Assembly: GCA_964467775.1 (NCBI GenBank)
Contig: CAYXUD010000117.1
Location: forward strand, 6,873 to 70,872
From: an uncultured Bacteroides sp.
Lineage (GTDB): Bacteria > Bacteroidota > Bacteroidia > Bacteroidales > GCA-2748055
DNA length: 64,000 nucleotides
Reading direction: 5' to 3'
Within the stretch, counting starts at the first letter, position 1. Each line of letters begins with the position of its first letter. Below, piece after piece: positions 1 through 9,755 of the stretch. Under the pieces are notes generated by a model. That model worked only from the letters and a program-made list of their open reading frames with translations. It was not told the DNA's origin and searched no databases. Both the position numbers and the translations under genes were made by a program.

Positions 1-610
1 CAATGAGATTCACGTGGAACGGGATCTCATTCAGAACGGCATAGCGCGGTGATCCACCTTCCCATTGCAGGATCCCTGCATAATTATTGGACTTCAGCTT
101 GACACTCAGCCTGAAATCCCTGTTTATGACCGGGATGACAGTTGCAAAACTGTTTGAAGACTCCAGCACGATCCCAACAAGGCCCTCGTCAGATATGACA
201 CCCATATCCTTGAAAACACCATGCTTCCTGCCCTTGTCCAGGGTCATGTAGTTATATTGCTTATACACACTGTTTCGTACGACCCTGCCGGGTATATATG
301 AATAGTGATAGGGTTCCCGGAATTCAGAAATAACAATGGCGCTGTCGAGGAGGAGCCCCATGCGGTCGAGCCTGTTGCGGAGTGCCATGTTTTCCTCCAC
401 AAGCCTGCGGTTGGTCTCCCTGAGCGAAAGATACTCCCTGGAACCATCCACCTTGCTGAAGATGTACCCGGAGACCTGCCGGTTGAGGCCAACGATCTTT
501 GATCGCTGGTAGTGGCTGCTCTGAACCAGGAAAATGATGGCCAATGTTTCAAGCAGCAGAAACAGCACAAAATCAGAGTACTTCTGAATAAACCTGAGCA
601 GCTTCCTCAT
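1..610 (-). CDS. mreC: Rod shape-determining protein MreC, partial (3' end runs off the window start)
   Basis: Absent from the ORF track because it is open-ended. My own translation of the minus strand from ATG (610-608) gives MRKLLRFIQKYSDFVLFLLLETLAIIFLVQSSHYQRSKIVGLNRQVSGYIFSKVDGSREYLSLRETNRRLVEENMALRNRL...GILQWEGGSPRYAVLNEIPFHVNLI with no stop down to position 1. It has an N-terminal TM helix, a coiled coil and the start of a beta-domain, and lies directly downstream of mreB. Confidence 0.8.
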   Translation of the reverse strand, partial: MRKLLRFIQKYSDFVLFLLLETLAIIFLVQSSHYQRSKIVGLNRQVSGYIFSKVDGSREYLSLRETNRRLVEENMALRNRLDRMGLLLDSAIVISEFREPYHYSYIPGRVVRNSVYKQYNYMTLDKGRKHGVFKDMGVISDEGLVGIVLESSNSFATVIPVINRDFRLSVKLKSNNYAGILQWEGGSPRYAVLNEIPFHVNLI

Positions 611-632
611 GGGTTATTTACGAATCCCTTCC

Positions 633-1652
633 CTATCGCATCAGGAAAGGGTATTTATCCACATTCCTGAGGGCAATACCGGTTCCGTGTGCTACTGCCT
701 GCAGCGGATCCTCCGCCACATGGAACGGAATGGAGATCTTTTCAGCCAGTCTTCTGTCAAGCCCCCTGAGCAGCGCTCCGCCCCCCGCCAGGTAGATCCC
801 TTTGGCTACAATATCCGCATAAAGTTCAGGGGGAGTCTGTTCCAGCACAGATAAGATCGCTGTTTCGATCTTCGAGATCGATTTATCAAGGCAGTGCCCA
901 ATCTCCTGGTAGGAAATGGGGATCTCGATGGGTAACGCGGTCATAAGGTTCGGACCGCGCACATAGAAGTCCTGGGGAGGGTCATCCAGCTCCGGAAGGG
1001 CTGATCCCACCTGGATCTTGATCTCCTCGGCGGTCCGCTCACCGATCTTAATATTGTGCTGGTGCCTCATATAGGTCTGGATATCAAGGGTAAAACCGTC
1101 ACCTGCCACACGAATGGACTGGTTGCAGACGATGCCCCCGAGTGCAATGACAGCAATTTCGGTGGTCCCTCCCCCGATATCCACCACCATACAGCCCTCG
1201 GGAGCTTCCACATCCAGCCCGATCCCTATGGCTGCTGCCATGGGCTCGAAAATCATATATACATCGCGTCCCCCTGCATGTTCCGAGGAATCCCGGACAG
1301 CACGGCGTTCCACCTCCGTGCTTCCGGAGGGAATGCACACCACCATTTTCAGGGAAGGGGTGAACAGCTTCCGCTTGGTATTGATCATTTTGATCATGCC
1401 CCTGATCATCAATTCAGCAGCCTGGAAATCAGCGATCACGCCATCCCGCAACGGCCTGATGGTCTTGATGTCTTCGTGGGTTTTCCCGTGCATCTGCCGG
1501 GCTTTCTCTCCAATAGCTACCAGTTTTCCCGTATGCTGGTCGATGGCCACGATCGATGGTTCATTGACCACGACTTTATCATTATGAATGATAATGGTGT
1601 TGGCTGTACCCAGATCAATCGCAAGTTCTTGCTGAAAGGAAAACAATCCCAT
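633..1652 (-). CDS. mreB: Rod shape-determining actin-like protein MreB
   Basis: 339 aa. Carries the actin-fold phosphate motifs IDLGTANTII and VDIGGGTTEIAV and has MreB-typical length and end-to-end sequence character. mreC follows it. Confidence 0.95.
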   Translation of the reverse strand: MGLFSFQQELAIDLGTANTIIIHNDKVVVNEPSIVAIDQHTGKLVAIGEKARQMHGKTHEDIKTIRPLRDGVIADFQAAELMIRGMIKMINTKRKLFTPSLKMVVCIPSGSTEVERRAVRDSSEHAGGRDVYMIFEPMAAAIGIGLDVEAPEGCMVVDIGGGTTEIAVIALGGIVCNQSIRVAGDGFTLDIQTYMRHQHNIKIGERTAEEIKIQVGSALPELDDPPQDFYVRGPNLMTALPIEIPISYQEIGHCLDKSISKIETAILSVLEQTPPELYADIVAKGIYLAGGGALLRGLDRRLAEKISIPFHVAEDPLQAVAHGTGIALRNVDKYPFLMR

Positions 1653-1671
1653 ATGGCCGGTTCGTTAAGTC

Positions 1672-3195
1672 TTAATGTTTAAAGTGCCTGACCCCTGTAA
1701 ATACCATGGCCATCCCGTGTGCATTACAATAATCGATCGATTCCTGGTCACGGACTGATCCGCCGGGCTGGACCACTGCTGTTATTCCTGCTTTACCTGC
1801 AATTTCAACGCTGTCGGCAAAAGGAAAAAATGCATCCGATGCCATGACCGCGTCCTGCAGGTCAAACTTAAAATGCAGGGCCTTTTCGATGCTCTGCTTA
1901 AGGGCGTCGATCCTGGAGGTCTGCCCTACTCCCGAGGCTAACAGCTGCCTGTTCTTGGCCAGTACGATGGCATTTGATTTGGTATGCTTCACGATCTTGT
2001 TGGCGAAGACCAGGTCTTCCAGCTGCTCTTTGCCGGGCACCCTGGTGGTGACCGGTTTCATGTCGGATGCCTTTTCGGTGGAGCGGTCCCGGTCCTGGAA
2101 AAGGGTGCCGTTCAGTACCGTACGGATGGTATCTCCCTTAATGCCGTTTTTCTTCCGGATCAGTATGATGCGGTTCTTTTTCTGTTTCAGGACAGCCAGC
2201 GCATTCTTGTCATACCCCGGAGCGATCAACACTTCGAAAAATATCTTGTTCATCTCTTCAGCCGTGGCAGCATCAATAGCCCTGTTGCTGATCAAAACTC
2301 CCCCGAATGCAGAGACCGGATCACCGGCCAGTGCATCGGCCCACGCATCTGTCAGCCGCTCACGGGTCGCCAGGCCGCAGGCATTGTTGTGTTTCAGGAT
2401 GGCGAAGGTGGTATCGCCGAATTCGCTGATCAGCCCGACAGCGGCATCTATGTCCAGCAGGTTGTTGTAGGAGATCTCCCTGCCGTGCAGCTGTTCAAAC
2501 AGTGCACTCAGGTCGCCGAAGAATTGACCCTTCTGGTGTGGGTTCTCCCCGTACCTGAGCTGTTTGGAGTTCAATTCACTCACTTTCAGGGCACTGTTTT
2601 TACCACGGTCAAAGTACTTGAAGATCTGAGCATCATAATGGGAGGAGATATTGAAAGCCTCAGTGGCAAAGGCGCGGCGCTCCTCAAGGGATGTGGTGCC
2701 GTTCCCGCTTTCGAGAAGTGCCAGCAGCGAATCATACTGGTCACGTGAAGCGACCACAAGAACATCCCTGTGGTTTTTTGCAGCCGCCCTGATCAGGGAG
2801 ATTCCCCCGATATCAATTTTCTCAATGATCTCCTGGTCAGCAGCTCCTGACTGAACGGTCTTTTCAAAGGGATAGAGATCCACGATCACCAGGTCTATTT
2901 CGGGGATCTGGTATCCGGCAAGCTGCTCCATGTCTTCCTTTACCTCACGGCGTCCCAGAATTCCTCCAAAAACCTTGGGATGCAACGTTTTTATCCTTCC
3001 CCCCAGGATGGAGGGGTAGGAGGTAAGATCCTCCACAGCAGTGACCGGGATCCCCAGGCCTTCAATGAAACTGCGGGTGCCTCCTGTGGAATAGAGCGAA
3101 ACATTCAGTTCTCCGAGCCTGGTGACGATCCTGTCAAGCCCTTCCTTGGAATATACCGATATAAGTGCACTGGTAATCTGTTTCGGGGAAGTCAT
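1672..3195 (-). CDS. purH: Bifunctional AICAR transformylase / IMP cyclohydrolase PurH
   Basis: 507 aa. N-terminal MGS-like domain (ALISVYSKEGL...) and a C-terminal AICARFT domain ending in the typical ...MVFTGVRHFKH. Confidence 0.95.
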   Translation of the reverse strand: MTSPKQITSALISVYSKEGLDRIVTRLGELNVSLYSTGGTRSFIEGLGIPVTAVEDLTSYPSILGGRIKTLHPKVFGGILGRREVKEDMEQLAGYQIPEIDLVIVDLYPFEKTVQSGAADQEIIEKIDIGGISLIRAAAKNHRDVLVVASRDQYDSLLALLESGNGTTSLEERRAFATEAFNISSHYDAQIFKYFDRGKNSALKVSELNSKQLRYGENPHQKGQFFGDLSALFEQLHGREISYNNLLDIDAAVGLISEFGDTTFAILKHNNACGLATRERLTDAWADALAGDPVSAFGGVLISNRAIDAATAEEMNKIFFEVLIAPGYDKNALAVLKQKKNRIILIRKKNGIKGDTIRTVLNGTLFQDRDRSTEKASDMKPVTTRVPGKEQLEDLVFANKIVKHTKSNAIVLAKNRQLLASGVGQTSRIDALKQSIEKALHFKFDLQDAVMASDAFFPFADSVEIAGKAGITAVVQPGGSVRDQESIDYCNAHGMAMVFTGVRHFKH

Positions 3196-3298
3196 TGCGC
3201 ATTTGTGCTTTTATCTTGCTATCTTTAACTTTCTTTGCAAAAGAAAGAGTTTCCGCTGACAAAATAAAGCGGAAAAGCAACAAATTATCAATAAACGG

Positions 3299-4558
3299 AT
3301 GCAATTCATACGCCTGATCTGGGAAAGCATGGTCATGGCCGTTCAGTCGGTCACCGTAAACCGTCTGCGTGCCCTTCTCTCCCTGTTGGGCATTACCATC
3401 GGGATCTTTGCCATCATTTCGATATTCACCATTGTCGACTCACTTGAAGCCAATATCCGTGAGAGCGTGAACAGCCTGGGAAGCGACATCCTGTGGATAC
3501 AGAAATGGCCCTGGGGGCCGCCTGAGGGCGAGACCGAGTTTCCATGGTGGAAGTATCTGAACAGGCCGGTGGCTTCCTATGATGAGTATGAGTTTCTTCG
3601 CGACCATGCCAGGGGGGCAAGCCACGTTTGCTTTATCGCCTCGGTGGGCCGCAGGATCGAATATGGAAATAACAGTCTGGACGGAGCAGGCATATTGGGG
3701 GTTACGCCGGAGTTCATGCAGATACGCTCTACTGAGCTGGAGCAGGGAAGGTTCTTTTCGCATGTGGAGGAAAAGGCAGGGAGAAATGTGGTTGTGATCG
3801 GGCATGAGGTAGCAAAAAAACTGTTTCAGGGTGCGAATCCAATAGGGAAATACATTGAAATATTCGGTATCAAGGTGGCGGTGGTCGGTGTGGTGGAAAA
3901 GGAGGGTACCGGTGCCTTCAGCGGGCTGGTCCTGGATGATGTTGCCATACTTCCACTGGAGTTTTTCAAGGGATTTATTGATATCCGGAAAGAGTGGGCT
4001 GATCCCATGATCTGGGTGCAGGCCAAACCCACTGTCGGGGTGGAGGAGCTTACCTTCGAGGTAACCCAGATGTTGCGTTCCTACCGGCGGTTAAAACCCT
4101 CCGAGGAGGATGATTTTGCAGTGAACCAGACCAGTGTAATCAACAAGCAGCTTGATCAGCTTTTTGCAGTTTTGAAGGTCGCAGGCTTTTTCATTGGTAT
4201 CTTTTCCATCATTGTAGGGGGGTTTGGCATTGCCAATATCATGTTCGTGTCTGTCAAGGAACGGACCCATATCATCGGCATACAGAAAGCCCTTGGCGCG
4301 AAAAGGTACTTCATCCTCTCACAGTTTCTTATTGAATCGATCATGCTCTCCCTGGCAGGAGGCATCGTGGGCCTGTTCCTGGTTTTCCTTGGTGCGACGG
4401 CCATCAGCCTCTCAAGCGATTTTACCGTTTACCTGAACCTGAACAACATACTGACGGGAGTCGGGATCTCCAGCGGAATCGGGCTGATCAGCGGGATCTT
4501 CCCGGCATGGCAGGGCGCCAGGATGGACCCCGTGGTAGCCATCAATACCTCCTTCTGA
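3299..4558 (+). CDS. ABC transporter permease, MacB/FtsX family
   Basis: 419 aa. N-terminal TM helix, a large periplasmic MacB-like domain, and a C-terminal FtsX-type 3-TM bundle (GIANIMFVSVKERTHIIGIQKALGAKR). No adjacent ATPase gene. Confidence 0.85.
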   Translation: MQFIRLIWESMVMAVQSVTVNRLRALLSLLGITIGIFAIISIFTIVDSLEANIRESVNSLGSDILWIQKWPWGPPEGETEFPWWKYLNRPVASYDEYEFLRDHARGASHVCFIASVGRRIEYGNNSLDGAGILGVTPEFMQIRSTELEQGRFFSHVEEKAGRNVVVIGHEVAKKLFQGANPIGKYIEIFGIKVAVVGVVEKEGTGAFSGLVLDDVAILPLEFFKGFIDIRKEWADPMIWVQAKPTVGVEELTFEVTQMLRSYRRLKPSEEDDFAVNQTSVINKQLDQLFAVLKVAGFFIGIFSIIVGGFGIANIMFVSVKERTHIIGIQKALGAKRYFILSQFLIESIMLSLAGGIVGLFLVFLGATAISLSSDFTVYLNLNNILTGVGISSGIGLISGIFPAWQGARMDPVVAINTSF

Positions 4559-4568
4559 CAGGGAACGA

Positions 4569-5930
4569 TCAGATAAATACCTGGTAAAGGAGCCTTCCCA
4601 TCAAAAAGTAGATGAACAATCCCATGATGTCGTTCATGGTCGTGATAAAAGGACCGGTGGCGAGAGCGGGGTCAAACCTCATCCTGTTCAGCAGCAGGGG
4701 GATCATGGTGCCAAAAACCGCGGCGAAAATAATGACGACAAAAAGGGAGGTGCTTACCGTGAATGTGAGGGCCAGGTTCTTGCTGATAAAGAAGTTGTAC
4801 AAAAAAAGGATACCGGCCAGGATAAGCCCGTTGAGAAGCGCCACCAGGAGCTCTTTCGCCAGTTTGCGGGATGTACTCTCCAGGCCGAGGCTGTTGCTGG
4901 CGATACCCTGTACAATAATGGCGGAGGACTGGATCCCCACATTTCCTGCCATCGCAGCAATAAGCGGGATAAAGAATGCCATCTCCGGGTTGATCCTGAT
5001 GTCCTCTTCAAACCTGCCGATCACGGAGGCCACAACGATCCCTCCAAGCAATCCAATGATGAGCCACGGCAACCGGGCCCTTGATAACCTGGAAGCCGAG
5101 TCGGTGGTCTCCACATCCGTGGTAATACCGGATGCCAGCTGGTAGTCCCTTTCAGCTTCGTCCCTGATCACGTCCACCACGTCATCGATGGTGATCCTCC
5201 CCACCAGCCGCCCGATGGAATCGGTGACCGGCAGAACGATCAGGTCATATTTCTCCATGATCTGCGCAACCTCCTCTGATGGTGTGCTGGTCCTTACCGA
5301 CCGAACATCGCCGTCATAAATATTTTTCACCTTCGTGCTGGCACTTGCCAGCAACAGGGACTTGAGGGAGAGAATGCCCAGGAGGACATTCTCATCATTG
5401 ACCACATAGATATAATAGATCTCATCCAGGTCCTGGGCCTGTTTTCTCATCTCCCTGATACAGGTGGCAACGCCCCAGTTCTCGTTGACCCTGATCAGCT
5501 CTTTGGCCATCAGCCCTCCTGCAGTGTCCTCGTCGTAACTGAGCAGGTCCACGATATCGCCGGCCTGCTCCAGGTCGTCAATATGCTGCAGAACCTCCTG
5601 TTTCTTCTCCTCCGCCAGGTCCCCGATCACATCAGCGGCATCATCCGAATCCATATGGTGAATGAACTGGCTGGCGATCACATCGGAAGGAAGCGCGTTC
5701 AGGAACTTCTCACGGTCATCCTCCTCCAGTTCAACAAGCACGTCGGAGGCTTTTTCAGGGTCCAGCAGCAGGTATAGATACCTGGCCTCCTCAATGGAAA
5801 GTCCTTCATATATCTCGGCAATATCTGCCGGGTGGAGGTCCTCCAGCTTCTTCAGGGCAGCCGCATCATCCTTGATCTCTATGATGTCCCTGAGTTCATT
5901 CAGGTATTCGCGGGTCAGTTCACTATTCAT
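4569..5930 (-). CDS. mgtE: Magnesium transporter MgtE
   Basis: 453 aa. Acidic MgtE N-domain, a CBS pair, and a C-terminal 5-TM MgtE channel domain (...GNVGIQSSAIIVQGIA...). Confidence 0.9.
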   Translation of the reverse strand: MNSELTREYLNELRDIIEIKDDAAALKKLEDLHPADIAEIYEGLSIEEARYLYLLLDPEKASDVLVELEEDDREKFLNALPSDVIASQFIHHMDSDDAADVIGDLAEEKKQEVLQHIDDLEQAGDIVDLLSYDEDTAGGLMAKELIRVNENWGVATCIREMRKQAQDLDEIYYIYVVNDENVLLGILSLKSLLLASASTKVKNIYDGDVRSVRTSTPSEEVAQIMEKYDLIVLPVTDSIGRLVGRITIDDVVDVIRDEAERDYQLASGITTDVETTDSASRLSRARLPWLIIGLLGGIVVASVIGRFEEDIRINPEMAFFIPLIAAMAGNVGIQSSAIIVQGIASNSLGLESTSRKLAKELLVALLNGLILAGILFLYNFFISKNLALTFTVSTSLFVVIIFAAVFGTMIPLLLNRMRFDPALATGPFITTMNDIMGLFIYFLMGRLLYQVFI

Positions 5931-5942
5931 AGTCCGGTGGTT

Positions 5943-6731
5943 TTAATGAGGATCCTCCATCTTTTTCCCCTGCAGCGTCTCGACCCGGCAGGTGAGATCT
6001 ATGAACTGCTGAACACCCAGCTGTTCAGGGCGCTTTTCCAGCAGGTCGAAATCGCTGCCCAAATTTAGCAAAATCGGCTGTATGGAATTCCTGATCATCT
6101 TCCGGCGCTGGTTAAAGACTGTCTTCACCACCCGGAAGAACAGCTGCTCATCGCAGGGCAGGCTTTCGGTAAGGTTCCTTTCCAGCCGGATCACTCCCGA
6201 TCTGACTTTCGGCGGAGGGTAAAAAGAGCCTGGTTTGACATGAAACAGGTGCCGGGTCTCATAAAAAGCCTGGATCAGGACACTCAGGATCCCATACTCC
6301 CTGGTACCGGGGGGAGAAGCGATCCTGTCGGCCACCTCTTTCTGCAGCATGCATACAACGGAGGCGACCTGCTGCCTGTTTTCGAGGATCTTAAACAGGA
6401 TCTGGCTTGAGATATTGTAGGGAAAATTCCCGATCACGTGTATTGTTCCACCTGTCAACGACCTGATATCCAGGTTAAGGAAGTCTCCCTCAATAAGCTT
6501 ACCCTTCAGTTCAGGCCACCTGGCCAGCAGGTGCCGGACCGACTCGGGATCGATTTCCACGGGGAGAAGGCGAACCCCCTTCTCCATGAGCAGGCCGGTC
6601 AACACCCCGGTCCCCGGCCCCACCTCAAGGACCAGTTCCCCCGGACCGGTTTCCAGTGAATCCACAATCCTGCGGGCAACAGAAGGATCGGTCAGGAAGT
6701 GCTGTCCCAGGTATTTCTTAGGGTATACCAT
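5943..6731 (-). CDS. rsmA: 16S rRNA (adenine1518/1519-N6)-dimethyltransferase RsmA/KsgA
   Basis: 262 aa. KsgA N-terminal motif KYLGQHFL, SAM-binding loop VLEVGPGTGVLT, and the NFPYNISS motif. Confidence 0.9.
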   Translation of the reverse strand: MVYPKKYLGQHFLTDPSVARRIVDSLETGPGELVLEVGPGTGVLTGLLMEKGVRLLPVEIDPESVRHLLARWPELKGKLIEGDFLNLDIRSLTGGTIHVIGNFPYNISSQILFKILENRQQVASVVCMLQKEVADRIASPPGTREYGILSVLIQAFYETRHLFHVKPGSFYPPPKVRSGVIRLERNLTESLPCDEQLFFRVVKTVFNQRRKMIRNSIQPILLNLGSDFDLLEKRPEQLGVQQFIDLTCRVETLQGKKMEDPH

Positions 6732-6787
6732 GATCCGGTCAAAGTTAAAATGATTTAGGTATTTTTGGAAAAAGCAAAAAGAGGGAG

Positions 6788-7270
6788 ATGATCAAACTGA
6801 AGAACCCATACGCAGATTACCCGGAATACAACTGCTTTGGTTGCAGTCCGCACAACAGTTTCGGCCTCAGGATGGAGTTTTTTGAGGATGGGGAGAGGGT
6901 GGTTTCCAGGTGGGAACCTGACACGAGATTCCAGGGATTCCATGATGTGCTTCATGGCGGCATTCAATCCACCCTGATCGATGAAATTGCCAGCTGGGTG
7001 GTTTTTGTCAAACTTGGAACCGCCGGGGTCACCTGCAGGCTGAATGTTGCCTTCAGGGCACCGGTCCTGATCTCAAGGGGTATAATCACCCTGCATGCAA
7101 GGTTTGTGCAGCAGCGCCGTCATTTGGCCACCATCAAGGTGGACCTTTTCGATGGGATGGAGACCCTCTGCTCTGAGGGTTCGGTTGATTATTTCCTGCT
7201 GTCCCGGGAGAGGGCGGAAAAGGAGTTCCGCTTCCCGGGGAAAGCGGCATTCTTTGAACAGGGACCTTAA
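6788..7270 (+). CDS. Hotdog-fold thioesterase (PaaI-like) with an N-terminal CxxC element
   Basis: 160 aa. Contains ...YNCFGCSPHN... followed by HGGIQSTLIDEIASW, which is typical of the PaaI/4HBT thioesterase family. Confidence 0.7.
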   Translation: MIKLKNPYADYPEYNCFGCSPHNSFGLRMEFFEDGERVVSRWEPDTRFQGFHDVLHGGIQSTLIDEIASWVVFVKLGTAGVTCRLNVAFRAPVLISRGIITLHARFVQQRRHLATIKVDLFDGMETLCSEGSVDYFLLSRERAEKEFRFPGKAAFFEQGP

Positions 7271-7284
7271 AGGAAAGTGGACGC

Positions 7285-8460
7285 ATGCAATACGATTTCG
7301 ACAAGGCAATCGAGAGAAAGGGGACTGATAGTGTGAAGTACGACCTGAACAGAAAACAGTTCGGCACCGATGAGCTAATACCCATGTGGGTGGCAGACAT
7401 GGATTTCGAGGTGCCCGATTTCATCAGGAGGGCGGTTATTGAGCGGGCAGCCCACCCGGTATACGGATACACTTTCAGGCCCAGGAGGTTTTTCGAAACC
7501 GCAGCAGCCTGGCTCAACCGCCGGCACGGCTGGGAGGTCAGTCCCGACACCATCAGCTTCAGCCCGGGTATTGTCCCGGCCCTGAATCTGATCGTCATGG
7601 CTTTCACGGATCCGGGTGACCGGATCGTGGTCCAGCCGCCGGTCTACTTTCCCTTTTTCAGTGCGGTCACCAATCACAACCGGAAACTGGTTTATAATCA
7701 GCTGGTGGGACTTGACGGGGTATACGAGATCGATTTTGATCAACTGGAGGAGCAGTTCAGCCAGGGTGTGAAAATGTTCTTTCTGTGCCATCCCCACAAT
7801 CCGGTGGGCCGGGCATGGACCAGGACTGAACTTGAGAGGCTGGCACGATTATGCGTGAAGTACCGGGTGCTTGTCATCAGCGATGAGATCCATTCCGACC
7901 TGCTGCTTTTTGGCCACAGGCACATTCCATTTGCCTCCCTCGGACCGGAGATTGCGGAACTGACATTCACCTGCATTGCACCCAGCAAGACATTCAACCT
8001 GGCCGGCCTTTACACTTCAGCAGTGATCGCCTCCAATCCGGAATTGAAAAAAGGATATGACCGTATCCTGGATGCTGTCCATGTGGGGGGAGGGAGCCTG
8101 TTTGGACAGGTTGCTTTTGAGTCCGCCTACACCCATGGTGATGCCTGGCTTGATCAATTGATTTCCTACCTGGAAAAGAATTTCAGGATGCTCTGTGATA
8201 TCCTGGACAAGGAGGTCCCGGGGATCATAATCTCCCCCCTGCAGGCAACATACCTGGTCTGGCTGGATCTCTCCTTCCTGGGGAAGGATGACCGGGAACT
8301 GAACCGGTTCATGATTGAAGAGGCAAGGCTCGGGCTGAATGATGGCACCTTGTTCGGCCCGGGGGGTGAGAAGCACCAGCGGCTCAATATTGCCACACCC
8401 CGCAAAACACTCGAAAGAGGATTAAAACAACTGTCGGATGCGATCCATCGCACAGGGTGA
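7285..8460 (+). CDS. PLP-dependent C-S lyase / aminotransferase (PatB/MalY family)
   Basis: 391 aa. Starts MQYDFDKAIERKGTDSVKYD... with WVADMDF, and SPSKTFNLAG holds the PLP lysine. These are typical class I/II aminotransferase MalY/PatB features. Confidence 0.85.
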   Translation: MQYDFDKAIERKGTDSVKYDLNRKQFGTDELIPMWVADMDFEVPDFIRRAVIERAAHPVYGYTFRPRRFFETAAAWLNRRHGWEVSPDTISFSPGIVPALNLIVMAFTDPGDRIVVQPPVYFPFFSAVTNHNRKLVYNQLVGLDGVYEIDFDQLEEQFSQGVKMFFLCHPHNPVGRAWTRTELERLARLCVKYRVLVISDEIHSDLLLFGHRHIPFASLGPEIAELTFTCIAPSKTFNLAGLYTSAVIASNPELKKGYDRILDAVHVGGGSLFGQVAFESAYTHGDAWLDQLISYLEKNFRMLCDILDKEVPGIIISPLQATYLVWLDLSFLGKDDRELNRFMIEEARLGLNDGTLFGPGGEKHQRLNIATPRKTLERGLKQLSDAIHRTG

Positions 8461-8512
8461 CTGTTTTGACATCTACCGAAGAAAGAGGTATATTTAGGAA
8501 ACCATTCATCTG

Positions 8513-9658
8513 ATGAAGTTAAGGTTCTCATTCACAGTAAAGATCATCATTCCTAACCTGGTTATTGCCGCACTGTTCCTATGGATTTTTCTCACTGAAC
8601 TGGGAAGCGGGAATACACCGGTTATTGCGCTTTCAGCCGCCGGCATTGCCGCCAGCATCCTGGTGGGGGTGATCCATATTGTGTGGTTTAAACGTCCACT
8701 CGACAGGGTAAGAAAACTGGTGATACAGCTTACCCGCGGGAACCTGCCTTCATTCAGGGCATCCAAAGCATCCGATGAGATCGGCGATCTTGAGAAGAAC
8801 CTGGAGAAGTATGTGGAAAACCTCCAGGACCTCACCCGTTTTACAAGGGCCATGGCTTCAGGGGATTTCACGGGAAAGTTCGAAAAACAGAGCAGAGAGG
8901 ACGAGTTGGGGGAGGCATTGCTCTCCCTGCGGGAAAACCTGATGGATTCGCTGAAAGAGACCGAATCCAGGAGACGCGAGGAAGAGAACCGCACCTGGAC
9001 TGCAAACGGGCTGGCTAAATTCAGCAAGCTTTTCAGGGAGGCGGAAGATGATCTCCGGGAGCTTTCAGGAGAGCTCATGAAGGAGCTGGTGGCATATACC
9101 GAAGCCGATGTGGGAGCCCTTTTCATTACTACCGAATCCGGGGATGGTCCCCCTCTCCTGGAGGTTACCGGAAGTTATGCCTTTGACAGGGGAAAATTCA
9201 TCCGCCGGTCCTTTGAATTCGGTGAAGGCCTGGTGGGGAGGGCTGCCCTGGAAAAGGAACCGATCTATGTAACCGATCTTCCGAAGGAATACATCAAGAT
9301 CCGTTCAGGTCTTGGGGAGGATGTTCCGTCATCCCTGCTGCTTGTCCCGGTCATGCTCGACAACAATGTACTGGGAGTCATTGAACTGGCTTCCCTGGGC
9401 GAAATGCCGGCACACCAGATCGAATTCATCAGGCAGCTTGGGGATGCACTGGCTACTACGCTGTCCAAAGTCAAGGCCAACCTGCAGAGCAGGGAGCTGT
9501 TCGAACAGATGAAGAAACAGGCCGAAGAGCTTGCATCCCAGGAACAGGTATTCATGCAAAACCTTGAAAAGCTTGAACAGGCAAAACAGGATGCTGCCCG
9601 CCGGGAAGAGAAATTGCAGGAAGAGATCGAAAGGTTAAGGAGATCCTCAACTTCATAA
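8513..9658 (+). CDS. Membrane sensor-like protein with HAMP, coiled-coil and GAF domains and no recognisable output domain
   Basis: 381 aa. Two N-terminal TM helices, a HAMP-like segment (RPLDRVRKLVIQLTRGNL...SDEIGDLEKNL), and a GAF-like core (ADVGALFI...LVGRAALEKEPIYVTDLP...SSLLLVPVMLDNNVLGVIELAS). The C-terminus is a coiled coil. Confidence 0.7.
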   Translation: MKLRFSFTVKIIIPNLVIAALFLWIFLTELGSGNTPVIALSAAGIAASILVGVIHIVWFKRPLDRVRKLVIQLTRGNLPSFRASKASDEIGDLEKNLEKYVENLQDLTRFTRAMASGDFTGKFEKQSREDELGEALLSLRENLMDSLKETESRRREEENRTWTANGLAKFSKLFREAEDDLRELSGELMKELVAYTEADVGALFITTESGDGPPLLEVTGSYAFDRGKFIRRSFEFGEGLVGRAALEKEPIYVTDLPKEYIKIRSGLGEDVPSSLLLVPVMLDNNVLGVIELASLGEMPAHQIEFIRQLGDALATTLSKVKANLQSRELFEQMKKQAEELASQEQVFMQNLEKLEQAKQDAARREEKLQEEIERLRRSSTS

Positions 9659-9739
9659 TGCCGGAGCGCGCCCCCCCCAAGGTGCCAATATGACATGCTT
9701 CGGATCAGGATTAATGCCAACATGACATAAACTATCGCC

Positions 9740-9755
9740 TGGCACATGCTTTGAC
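9740..9755 (+). promoter_or_regulatory. Candidate sigma-54-type -24/-12 promoter upstream of hsp20
   Basis: TGGCAC-ATGCT-TTGA at 9740-9754. This matches TGGCAC-N5-TTGC with correct spacing at all but the last core base. It lies 57 nt upstream of the hsp20 ATG. Alternatively, the TTTG could be part of a Bacteroidota -7 box. Confidence 0.35.

Noticed and set aside
1056-1682. 208-aa and 157-aa plus-strand ORFs inside mreB.
   Set aside because: They are antisense to an unmistakable MreB sequence, and their low-complexity His/Pro/Gly-rich products have no motifs.
3214-3240. An 8-bp inverted repeat CTTTCTTT-gca-AAAGAAAG between divergent purH and the FtsX permease gene.
   Set aside because: It is a short, AT-rich, low-complexity palindrome in a promoter region. 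It is plausible as an operator but too weak to support without conservation data.
8506-9126. A 206-aa minus-strand Ser-rich ORF overlapping the HAMP-GAF gene.
   Set aside because: It is antisense to a gene with recognisable HAMP and GAF segments. Its extreme Ser/Arg/Phe composition is typical of a non-coding frame.
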